64,000 nt of DNA from Eledone cirrhosa. Its lineage: Eukaryota. Below are positions 45,957 to 61,599 of the stretch, in pieces. Both the position numbers and the translations under genes were made by a program. The DNA is taken from the NCBI GenBank assembly GCA_964016885.1, contig OZ024743.1, forward strand, positions 343,294,001-343,358,000, read 5' to 3'. The notes under the pieces are model-generated. The model saw nothing but the letters and a program-made list of their open reading frames with translations, was not told the origin of the DNA and searched no databases. Each line of letters starts with the position of its first letter. The first letter of the stretch is position 1.

Positions 45957-46365
45957 GGTGGCTGCCAACTCGTTTTCGAGTACGGCCACTACTTTATATC
46001 CATGTAGGAGAACCCCTACTGATGCGCTGAACGAGTGTGACTTTTTAGTCCAGCCAGCGACTTGAAAGCTCTGGTACAAACACTACACTTGTGACAATTA
46101 TTGACACATAGTGCTGGGCCCATGGTACCATGTAACGACAAATGCAGAGAGATCTCCAGATATAAAGCAATGCCTGTGCCGTGAAGCTTTTATAGTGAGC
46201 AAAGGCACTGCACAAAGCCAGTCCCACTCTCTTAACCAAGATGATATTTACCAAAAAGAAGAACAAGTCAACATCATTGGATACCATCAGGGTTGCAGGT
46301 GTTATATCAGAGTTTTCCTTCTCCTAGAATTCTGCCTTGACAAAGGCTAAGGGGTCATCTCTCCC
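45957..46365 (-). mobile_element. Bipartite non-autonomous RTE-type element, copy 2
   Basis: Near-identical to 19179-19586; same 3' end, shorter 5' end. Confidence 0.8.
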
Positions 46366-47168
46366 CTTATGTATATATATATATACATATACACATATAT
46401 ATATATATACATACATATATATATACATACATATATATATACATACATATACACATACATATATATATATACATATACACATACATATAGATATATATAC
46501 ATATACACATACATATATATATATACATATACACATACATATATATATACATATACATATACACATATATATATATACATATACACATACATATATATAT
46601 ATATACATATACACATACATATATATATATACATATACACATATATATACATATACACATATATATATATACATATACACATACATATATATATATATAC
46701 ATATACACATATATATATATATATACATATACACATATATATATATATATACATATACACATACATATATATATATATACATATATACATATACACATAC
46801 ATATATATATATATATATACACATACATATATATATATATATACATATACACATACATATATATATATATATACATATACACATACATATATATATATAT
46901 ATACATATACACATACATATATATATATATATACATATACACATACATATATATATATATACATATATACATATACACATACATATATATATATATACAT
47001 ATATACATATACACATACATATATATATATACATATACACATACATATATATATATATATATGTACATATACACATATATATATATATATAAATATACAC
47101 ATATATATATATATACATATACACATACATATATATATATACACATACATATATATATATATATATAT

Positions 47169-47209
<41 letters not shown>

Positions 47210-48360
47210 TATATATATATATACACATACATATATACACATACATATATATATATACACATACATATATATATATACACATACACATACATATATACAC
47301 ATACATATATATATATACACATACATATATATATATATACACATACATATATATATATATACACATACATATATATATATATACACATACATATATATAT
47401 ACATATACACATACATATATATATATATACATATACACATACATATATATATACATATACACATACATATATATATACATATACATATATATATATATAC
47501 ATATACACATACATATATATATACATATACACATACATATATATATACATATACATATATATATATATACATATACACATACATATATATATATATACAC
47601 ATACATATATATATACATATACACATATATATATATATATATACATATACACATATATATATATATATACATATACACATACATATATATATATATACAC
47701 ATACATATATATATACATATACACATACATATATATATATATACACATACATATATATATACATATACATATATATATATATATACATATACACATACAT
47801 ATATATACATATACACATACATATATATATATATACACATACATATATATATATATACATATACATATATATATATACACATACATATATATATATACAC
47901 ATACATATATATATATACACATACATATATATATATACACATACATATATATATATACACATACATATATATATATACACATACATATATATATATACAC
48001 ATACATATATATATATACACATACATATATATATATACACATACATATATATATACACACATACATATATATATACACACATACATATATATATACACAC
48101 ATACATATATATATACACATACATATATATATATACACATACATATATATATATACACATACATATATATATATACACATACATATATATATATACACAT
48201 ACATATATATATATATACACATACATATATATATATACACATACATATATATATATACACATACATATATATATATACACATACATATATATATATACAC
48301 ATACATATATATATATACACATACATATATATATATACACATACATATATATATATACAC

Positions 48361-48391
<31 letters not shown>

Positions 48392-48438
48392 CACATACAT
48401 ATATATACACATACATATATATACACATACATATATAT

Positions 48439-48481
<43 letters not shown>

Positions 48482-48492
48482 TACATATACAC

Positions 48493-48523
<31 letters not shown>

Positions 48524-48602
48524 CATATACACATACATATACATATATATATATACATATACACATACATATACACATATATATATATATATATATACAT
48601 AT

Positions 48603-48632
<30 letters not shown>

Positions 48633-48633
<1 letters not shown>

Positions 48634-50058
48634 TCACCTTGATCACCTTGACCGACCAGTCTGTCGGGCGTCCATTCAGCGTCGCTGGTCACAGCATGGC
48701 GTCCATTCCTCTCTGGATTGTGCTTTCCTCATCCATGCATTCCCAATCGTATTCTTAAAATCGTAACTCCACCCTCGTGGAGGCCTTCCGAGTGGTGGTT
48801 TCCACTCGTGCGGGTACCACTGGGTAACTGCACGGGTGCACCGATTATCGGTGAACCGAGCGATGTGTCCAGCCCATCTGAACTTGCTGCGCATATATTC
48901 CGTGATGACGTCCCTCACGCCGGACTTCTGTCTGATTACTTCGCTCCTGGTGTGCTCTCTCAACGAGATTCCTAGCATTGATATGGAGGCACATGGCTTA
49001 GATATTAGAGCATTAGTGGTTAGAGCATTGGCCTTGCAATCAAAAGGTTGTGAGTTCAATTCTCAGACCAGGTGATCTGTTGTTTCCTTGAGCAAGGCAC
49101 TTTATTTCACATTGCTCCAGCTTACTCAGCTGTAGAAATGAGATAATAGGGACTGGGGACCCTATCATTCCACTGCAAAGTGGTCGTGGAGGTGCCACGG
49201 CAAAAGCGCGCCCAGCACTCACTGTAAATGAGGTTGGTGTTAGGAAGGGCATCCAGCTGTAGAAATCAAGCCAGCATCAGTTCCCGTCCCACCCTTGCAA
49301 GCAGGAAAAAGTGGACGTAAAAATGAAATGATGAAATGAAATGATCTTTCCATGGCTCTTTGAGCCGTTACCAGCCTATGCTCTTCTCTCTTCCTTGTAG
49401 CCCAAGTTTCACTGCCATATAACATTGGAGGTAAAACTGCTATTGAAGAGGTTGGTGCGGGTGGTCTTGTCCAACCTCCCCTTGAGCACATCCCTTATGC
49501 CGTTGAACGCCTTCTATCCGGCCATTACTCTCCGCGAGATCTCGCGCTCAATGTCTCAGCGCATGTTCACTTCTCGTCACAGTTAGATGTATTCCTCCAT
49601 CTCCTCTATTTCATAACCGCCAACCACCATTCGACCTGTTGGTACGTTGTCGGACGGCATGAACTTCGTTTTCATGCGCGCGAAAGAGTACAAAATGCCT
49701 CTCTGCGTCGCGTTCGTAGACTAGGAGAAGGCCTCGAGCACAGAAGGCGTAGAAATCAACGCAGTGCTGAACTCGCAGCAGAAGCAAGGAGTCGAGGCGA
49801 GTGTCGGATGCACCACCGACATAGCTCTGCTGTCATCACCCGCAAGGAGATACGATCTCTCCAAAACATTTCACCGCGTCTCGACCAGATCATCAGAGTC
49901 ATTGACTGGCAAGGCGCTGTCAACATCAATGGCGAGATACTTACCCACCTCCGTTTCGCTGATGACATCTTACTCGTCGCTGAAACCACGGTTCAGCTTC
50001 AGAACATGCTGACGGAGCTCGACATCAAAAGCTCTGTAGAAGCCCTCAAGATGAACTG
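48633..50058 (-). mobile_element. GC-rich RTE-1-like LINE (third family) with inverted 5' segment
   Basis: Minus: [35 protein letters not shown], tail (caaggtgat)2. Plus 49680-50058: [30 protein letters not shown]. Confidence 0.88.
48984..49345 (+). mobile_element. SINE family A inserted in the GC-rich RTE
   Basis: Splits MERS|ML; tgat present at both ends; short duplication in the A-box region. Confidence 0.88.
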
Positions 50059-50363
50059 CATATATATACAGATATATATATATATATACATATATATATA
50101 CATATATACACATATACACATATACACATACACACACATATATATATATATACACATACACACATACATATATATAAATATACACATATATATATATATA
50201 TATACACACATACACATATATATATACACATACATACATACACACACATATATATACATACACACACATATATACATACACACACATATATATACATACA
50301 CACACATATATATACATACACACACATATATATATACATACACACACATATATATATATACAC

Positions 50364-50394
<31 letters not shown>

Positions 50395-51103
50395 TATATA
50401 TATATACACATATATATATATATATATATACACATATATATATATATATATACACACACATATATATATATATATACACATATATATATATATATACACA
50501 CACATATATATATATATATACACATACACACATATATATATATACACATATATCTATACACATACACATATACATATATATAAATATACACATATATATA
50601 CACACATATATATATATACACACATATATATATATATACACACATATATATATATGCACACATATATATATATACACACACATATATATATACACACATA
50701 TATATATACACACACATATATATATACACACACATATATATATACACACACACATATATATACACATATATATATATACACACACACATATACACACACA
50801 CATATACACACACACATATATATATATACACACACATATATATACACACACACATATACACACACACATATATATATATACATACACATATATACATATA
50901 CACATATACACACACACATATATATATATACATACACATATATACATATACACATATACACACACACATATATATATATATACACATATATACATATATA
51001 TATATATATACACATATATACATATATATATATACACATATATACATATATATATATATATACACATATATATATATATATATACACATATATATATATA
51101 TAT

Positions 51104-51484
51104 GGTGGCTGCCAACTCGTTTTCGAGTACGGCCACTACTTTATATCCATGTAGGAGAACCCCTACCGATGCGCTGAACGAATGTGACTTTTTAGTCCAG
51201 CCAGCGACTTGAAAACTCTGGTACAAAGACTACACTTGTGACCATTATTGACACATAGTGCAGGGCCCATGGTACCATGTGATGACAAGTGCAGAGAGAT
51301 CTCCAGATATAAAGCAATGCCTGTGCTGTGAAGCTTTTATAGTGAGCAAAGGCACTGCACAAAGCCAGTCCCACTCTCTTAACCAAGATGATATTTACCA
51401 AAAAGAAGAACAAGTCAACATCATTGGATACCATCAGGGTTGCAGGTGTTATATCAGAGTTTTCCTTCTCCTAGAATTCTGCCT
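51104..51484 (-). mobile_element. Bipartite non-autonomous RTE-type element, copy 3
   Basis: Same 3' end, most 5'-truncated copy. Confidence 0.8.
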
Positions 51485-51664
51485 ATATATGTGTATATAT
51501 ATATATATACACATATATACATATATATATATATATACACATATATACATATATATATATATACACATATATATATATATATATATACACATATATACAT
51601 ATATATATATATACACATATATACATATATATATATATACACATATATACATATATATATATAT

Positions 51665-51756
<92 letters not shown>

Positions 51757-51760
<4 letters not shown>

Positions 51761-54411
51761 CCCAAATATCCGACAGTGACTATATAATTATCGCAGGCGA
51801 CCTAAATGGTCACGTTGGACAACATTGTGACGGCTACGACGAAATCCATGGAGGCTATGGGTTTGGTACTAGAAATGAGGAAGGCTCCAGAATCCTGGAA
51901 TTCTGTGATGCAAATAACCTAACTATCTGTAACACTAACTTCAAAAAACGTGACAATCACCTGATCACCTATAGATCCGGGGAACACACAAGCCAGGTAG
52001 ATTATATCCTTACCAGAAGACGTGACAGAGTGTCTGTTGTAAACACTAAATCCCTCCCCCATGAAGAATGCACCTCCCAACATAGACTGATAATTAGCGA
52101 CCTCATAGTCAGGACGAGACGTACTCGACAACAGAAGAGGACTATCCTCAGGAGGAAAATATGGAAGCTAAAGGACCCCACAGCCAGGAATAAATTTCAA
52201 AGCATATTACTTGATGCTTTCGACAGTAAGGAAGAACATTTAGAGTCGGACAATATAGAGGGACAGTGGGAATTTCTGAAAGCAAACCTGCTGTTGGCGA
52301 CAGACGAAGTCTGTGGCTGGAGCAGGCCTGTAGGCAGGAGGAGAGTAACATGGTGGTGGAACAGTAAGGTGGAGGGGTCAATTAAGGCCAAAAAGCAGGC
52401 TTGGAAAGTATGGCGGGATGGGGGAAGTAGAGAGGACTATCAAGTGGCCAGGAGGGAAGCTAGGAGACAAGTGTACTTAGCAAGAAGGGAAGCTGAGGAA
52501 AGAAAGTTCAAGCATGTTCTACAACGCGATGACCAAAAACGTGAGGTGTTCAGGATTGCTAGGCAATGCGTCAAGGAAAACCGTGATATTGTCGGGGAGA
52601 AGTGTGTACTAAACGACGATGGCACACTTGCCATCACCGACGCTGATAAGAAGGTAGCTTGGAAGTGTCACTATGAAAGGCTACTAAATGAGGAGAATAA
52701 TTGGGAGAAAGGCAGTCTCCCCCATATCGACCCAATAGAGGGACCAGCAGTGTTAGTCGAGGGGAGTATAATAAGTAAGGCAATCAAGGATATGAAGACG
52801 GGTAAGGCGGCTGGGCCTTCGGAAATAGTTGCTGAGATGCTGAAATCATCTGGCACGGTGGGACACACCATGGTCACCCGCATAGTTAACCAAGTCGTAC
52901 AGAATGGGGTTGTTCCGAAGGACTGGCATAGCAGCATCATCGTTAACTGTTATAAGGGTAAAGGAGACGCCCTAGATAGGAGTAACTATAGAGGCATTAA
53001 ATTAATCGACCAGGTCATGAAGGTCACGGAAAAAGTAATAGCACAACTAATCAGAGAGAGAATTGACCTAGATGAAATGCAGTTCGGGTTTGTGTCAGGC
53101 AAAAGTACCACAGACGCTCTTTTCATAGTACGACAACTACAGGAGAAGTACCTAGCTAAAGGTAAACCCCTCTACTTAGCTTTTGTCGACTTGGAGAAAG
53201 CCTTCGACAGAGTCCCCCGCTCCATTATCTGGTGGGCTCTTAGAAAACTAGGCGTTGACGAATGGCTTGTGAGGGCTATACAAGCCATGTATAAAGAAAC
53301 AGTCAGCAAGGTTAGAATTAACAACGAATATAGTGAAGAGTTTAGCGTAAAAGTTGGCGTCCATCAGGGCTCTGTTCTCAGCCCACTACTATTTATTATT
53401 GCCCTTCAGGCTATAACAGAGGAGTTCAAGACAGGCTGCCCATGGGAACTCCTATACGCAGACGACCTGACACTCATAGCGGAATCAATGGCCGAGCTAG
53501 AGAAGAAATTCCAAACATGGAAGCACGGCCTAGAGTCAAAAGGACTTAAAATTAACCTGGCTAAGACCAAAGTACTAGTTTGTAGGAAAGAAAACAAGGC
53601 GGCGGTCCCTTCTGGGAAATGGTCGTGCTCGGTGTGTAGGAAAGGCGTAGGTAGAAACTCCATTTTATGTCCTAAATGCAAAGTATGGGTGCATAAAAGA
53701 TGTAGTGGGATCACAGGTAAGCTAACTAAGAACATAGATTTTACATGTGGCCGGTGCTCTGGTGCAATAAGTAGCAGCAAGTGCCCACAAACTACTAGCT
53801 CTTTCAATTGCGCAGAGGGTTCTATAGAAATAGTGGACAGCTTCCGTTACCTGGGCGATAAAATCAGCAGTGGGGGAGGGTGCTCTGAAAGTACTGTAGC
53901 TAGAGTCAGAACTGGTTGGAAAAAGTTCAGAGAGCTTATACCACTATTAGCTGCTAAAGGGTTCTCACTAAAAATGAAAGGCAGGTTGTACGATGCCTGC
54001 ATACGAACAGCAATGCTGCATGGCAGTGAGACCTGGGCATTGTGTGCAGAGGATATACGCAGACTAGAGAGGAACGAAGCTTGCATGCTCCGCTGGATGT
54101 GTAACAGTAATATACGTGAACGGCAAAGCATAAACGAACTAAGGAAAAAATTAGAGATAAGAGGGATCAGGTGTTGTTTACTCGAGAGAAGGCTACGTTG
54201 GTATGGACACGTGATGCGCATGAAAGTCGATAGCTGTATAACAAAGTGCAGGGCAATAAAGATAGACGGTAGTCACGGAATAGGCAGACCTAGAAAAACC
54301 TGGGACGAGCTGATAAACTCCGACATCACACACTTACACCTCTCCAAGACAATGTCACTGGACCGAGACCTTTGGCGGTACTCAGTAACAGAGAAGACCC
54401 GCCTTACCTAA
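51757..54411 (+). CDS. RTE LINE ORF: partial APE endonuclease + reverse transcriptase with internal PHD finger
   Basis: Frame is open upstream of 52030 ([31 protein letters not shown]), then [51 protein letters not shown]. No stop; no start (5'-truncated). Confidence 0.96.
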
Positions 54412-54800
54412 ATATATAGTAAAACCTACTCCAGCCAGTAGGCATCTCTAACAAAATACACCCCGTCCCACCACCCCCACCCCCACCCCATCCACACCAC
54501 CCCGTTCTATGTAAAGTTATGTTGGTGCCGCGCCATCGAGGCCGAAACAAATGAGATCGTGTAGGTGTCACGACAAAAAAACACACAGTCCACGCTGTAA
54601 TGTGGCCGTGTAGGCAACACGGTAAAAACCTCCCAGACCCACACTGTAAATGTGGTTGGTGTTAGGAAGGGCATCCAACTGTAGAAAACCTGCCAGACAG
54701 TCCTATGCGAGCAAGACAATCACTCTTGCCTCAAGTGGGACTACCCCCGTCCAAACCCTTGCAAGTGTGGAACACGGACGTTAAACATTGATGATGATGA
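54412..54800 (+). mobile_element. RTE 3' UTR and (gat)n tail
   Basis: Matches 8221-8606, 17085-17445 and 32818-33198. Confidence 0.93.
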
Positions 54801-56589
<1,789 letters not shown>

Positions 56590-57702
56590 AAGTTAAATAA
56601 AAGTCAAATGATTAAAATTGTTCAGTTCTGAGAGCATTCCTCAGTCAGAAGTCTATAGAATTCTTTCTGGGGTGAGGCTCCCTGTAGTGTTTATGCCTGC
56701 TATTGTTCAGTACATTTGACCTCCACCATTATATTGGTACTGTTGTTGTTGTAGTGGTCAGCTTATATCTTGCTGCTGCTAACAATTTAGAAGTATTCAG
56801 TTTGTGTTTTCTCTTCATCCCACCTGCCACCATCGTAGTGGTGGTGGTGGTGGGGTGGGGGGGGGGGGTATTTCATGTATATGAAGAAATATAAGGCAAT
56901 AAATGAAGAAAACAGAAGATAAATAAATAATATAATAAAATAAAATAATTAATATAATTTGTGTAATTTGAAAATAAATAAATAAATAGAGAATAAAGAA
57001 TAAAGAGTAAATGAGAGATTGGTGAAAAAGTAATGATAATGTATATGGAGAAGTGAGAAATAATGTAGGATAAAGTGTGTGTGTGTGTGTGCTATAACCA
57101 ATCTCAAGGTCAGAATATGTTGGATAGATTGGTATGATACAAGATGTTAAGATGAGATATTCAATGTGTTTGTGTTATAATCTATCTCAACTTAAAATAA
57201 ATATAAGGTTATACAGTGAAGAGGGCAGAAAACAAATAAATTAATATAGAGAAATCAAGATTTAAGATTGGAACTTTAAAGTCAGAAATCTGGTAAATTA
57301 AAAGTGTTTGTGTTATAGATGTTGGCCAGATTATTATGGCTGTGTCCGATTCTGTCTCTGGGAGCCCCACCCCAGAAAGAATTCTTATAGACTTCTGACT
57401 GATGAATGCTCTCAGAACTGAACAATGGGAAGTTTGACACATTTTTTGATATTTTGTTCCTTCAACACCTTGTCCCTTCTACCATTTTATCAATTTTTAA
57501 GCTAACTCCAACAATGACAACACTAATAACTGACCAATGAGAGGAGAAGGGGACCTGTGACACGAAAATTCGTTTGTTTGAATTCATATGACTCCAGTTC
57601 CCCAGTGAATTAACAACCCAGCAAGGAACTGGGGATATCAGAGTATTGACAATATCATACACCTAAACAACATATGTACTTGTCTATACCACACTAATTC
57701 AA

Positions 57703-57757
57703 ACTGCCTGAAGAGGTCACAGCCAAAGATGGCTGTCACTGAAATATATATAGCAGT
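57703..57757 (+). ncRNA. Minimal type I hammerhead ribozyme
   Basis: actgc-CTGAAGA-ggt c acagcca/tggctgt c act-GAAA-tatata-TA-gcagt, then AATAAA. Perfect stem I and complete core. Confidence 0.9.
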
Positions 57758-58221
57758 AATAAACGAAGCTAAATTTTAATCATTTGACTTTTATTTAACT
57801 TTATTTACACTACTCCGGAGTAACCAAACCAACCTGCGCACTTCGTCGAGTGCTCCAGCCTGCATACTGAGGTGTTGGTATACAACCAACATAAACTCAA
57901 AATCTATATATATATATATACATATATTATATACATATATATACATATATATACATATATATATATATACATATACATATATATATATATACATATATAT
58001 ACATATATATATATACATATACAATATACACATATATACATATACACATATATACATATATATACATATATATACATATACATACATATATACATATACA
58101 TATATACATATATATACATATATACATATATATACATATATACATATATATACATATACATATATATACATATATATACATATATATACATATATATACA
58201 TATATATATATACATATATAC

Positions 58222-58252
<31 letters not shown>

Positions 58253-58361
58253 CATATATATATATACATATATATATATACATATATACATACATATATA
58301 TATACATATACACATATACATATACACATATACATATATACATATACATATATATATATAC

Positions 58362-58402
<41 letters not shown>

Positions 58403-58617
58403 TTCGTTTCTGATTTGTTTAGCAAGATTCTTTATCTATAAATCGTGTGTTGAAACCGATATTGTTATACTTTGGGAGGGTCATGTTGCCAATAAGAAAC
58501 ACACGCACCAGTTGCATTCACTTCAATTTAATATATTAAATATTTATAAATTTACAAATTTATAAATTTCTGGTTGGTTGGTTGGTTCCACAACCAGATA
58601 GTTGTTTATATATATAT

Positions 58618-58662
58618 AGTCATAGTTCTTTCGTCACACACTCTGTGACCTCTTCAGTGACT
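58618..58662 (-). ncRNA. Hammerhead ribozyme in the left palindrome arm
   Basis: Exact reverse complement of 58754-58798. Confidence 0.82.
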
Positions 58663-58753
58663 GGGGATTTCTTTCTTCGTTTCTGTGCCTTTCCTTTCTT
58701 CTATCCTACGCCATTTTGTTTGGAAAGGCACAGAAACGAAGAAAGAAATCCCC

Positions 58754-58798
58754 AGTCACTGAAGAGGTCACAGAGTGTGTGACGAAAGAACTATGACT
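58754..58798 (+). ncRNA. Hammerhead ribozyme in the right palindrome arm
   Basis: agtca-CTGAAGA-g-gtcaca gagtg tgtgac-GAAA-gaac-TA-tgact. Confidence 0.82.
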
Positions 58799-58953
58799 AT
58801 ATATATATAAACAACTATCTGGTTGTGGAACCAACCAACCAACCAGAAATTTATAAATTTGTAAATTTATAAATATTTTAATAAATTAAATGAAGTGAAA
58901 GCAACTGGTGCATGTGTTTCTTATTGGCAACATGACCCTCCCAAAGTATAACA

Positions 58954-58995
<42 letters not shown>

Positions 58996-59044
58996 TATAC
59001 ATACATATACATATATATACATATATATACATATATATATATAC

Positions 59045-59075
<31 letters not shown>

Positions 59076-59249
59076 CATATATATATACATATATATATAC
59101 ATATATACATATATATACATATATATATATATATATACATACATATATAATATATATATATATATACATACATATATATACATATATAGTATACATACAT
59201 ACATACATACATATATATATACATACATACATACATACATACATATAGT

Positions 59250-59359
<110 letters not shown>

Positions 59360-59465
59360 CATATATATATACATATATATATATACATATATATATACAT
59401 ATATATATACATATATATATATACATATATATATACATATATATATAAATATAATATATACATAC

Positions 59466-59496
<31 letters not shown>

Positions 59497-59519
59497 CATA
59501 TATACATATTATATACATA

Positions 59520-59572
<53 letters not shown>

Positions 59573-59848
59573 ACATATATATATATATACATATACATAT
59601 ACATATATATACATATAACATATACATATATATACATATATATACATATATATACATATATATATATAATATATACATATACATATACATATATATACAT
59701 ATACATATATATATATACATATACATATACATATATATACATATACATATACATTATATATACATATATATATATATTACATATATATACATATATATAT
59801 ATATAATATACATATACATATATATATATATATATATACATATACATA

Positions 59849-59880
<32 letters not shown>

Positions 59881-59978
59881 ACATATATATACATATATAT
59901 ACATATACATATATATACATATATATACATATATATATATATACATATATATACATATATATACATATATATATATAC

Positions 59979-60065
<87 letters not shown>

Positions 60066-60086
60066 CATATATATACATATATATAT

Positions 60087-60140
<54 letters not shown>

Positions 60141-60317
60141 AAATATATATATATACATATATATACATATATATATATATACATATATATATACATAATA
60201 CATATATTATATACATATATATATACATATACATATACATATATATACATATATATATACATATACATATACATATAGTATACATATATATATATACATA
60301 TATACTATATATAATAT

Positions 60318-60363
<46 letters not shown>

Positions 60364-60380
60364 CATATATATATATACAC

Positions 60381-60429
<49 letters not shown>

Positions 60430-60454
60430 CATATACATATATACATATATATAT

Positions 60455-60557
<103 letters not shown>

Positions 60558-60560
60558 CAC

Positions 60561-60609
<49 letters not shown>

Positions 60610-60681
60610 CATATACATATATACATATATATATACATATATATATATATATACATATACAATATATATATATACATATAC

Positions 60682-60729
<48 letters not shown>

Positions 60730-60807
60730 ATATATACATATATATACATATATATACATATATATACATATATATATACATATATATATATATACATATA
60801 TATATAC

Positions 60808-60874
<67 letters not shown>

Positions 60875-60881
60875 TATATAC

Positions 60882-60940
<59 letters not shown>

Positions 60941-60997
60941 CATAATATATATACATATATATATACATATATATATACATATATATATACATATATA

Positions 60998-61056
<59 letters not shown>

Positions 61057-61561
61057 CATATATATATACATATATATACATATATATACATATATATATA
61101 TATATACATATATATATACATATATATACATATATATATATATATACATATATATATACATATATATATATATATACACATATATATATATACACATATA
61201 TATATATACCCATATATATATATATACACATATATATATATACATAAACACACATATATATATATACCCATATATATATATACCCATATATATATATACA
61301 CATATATATATATACATAAACACACATATATATATATACACATATATATATATATACACATATATATATATACACATATATATATATATACATATATATA
61401 TATACACATATATATATATATACATATATATATATACATATATATATATAAACACATACATATATATATACACATACATATATATATACACATACATATA
61501 TATATACACATACATATATATATACACATACATATATATATACACATACATATATATATAC

Positions 61562-61596
<35 letters not shown>

Positions 61597-61599
61597 TAT

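Larger units (their letters stand above)
40791..48632. repeat. Large (TA)nCATATACACATACA-type minisatellite arrays with embedded retroelements
   Basis: Units of about 18-30 bp; interrupted by an RTE tail stub (41088-41125), a family A SINE and a bipartite element. Confidence 0.95.
58459..58957. repeat. Long palindrome, 236-bp arms and 27-nt spacer
   Basis: 58459-58694 is the inverse of 58722-58957; inner ~155 bp identical, a few differences in the outer part. Confidence 0.97.

Noticed and set aside
57395-57430. CTGATGA motif as another hammerhead
   Set aside because: No closing stem II followed by GAAA. Same for hits near 12385, 23972 and 24628.
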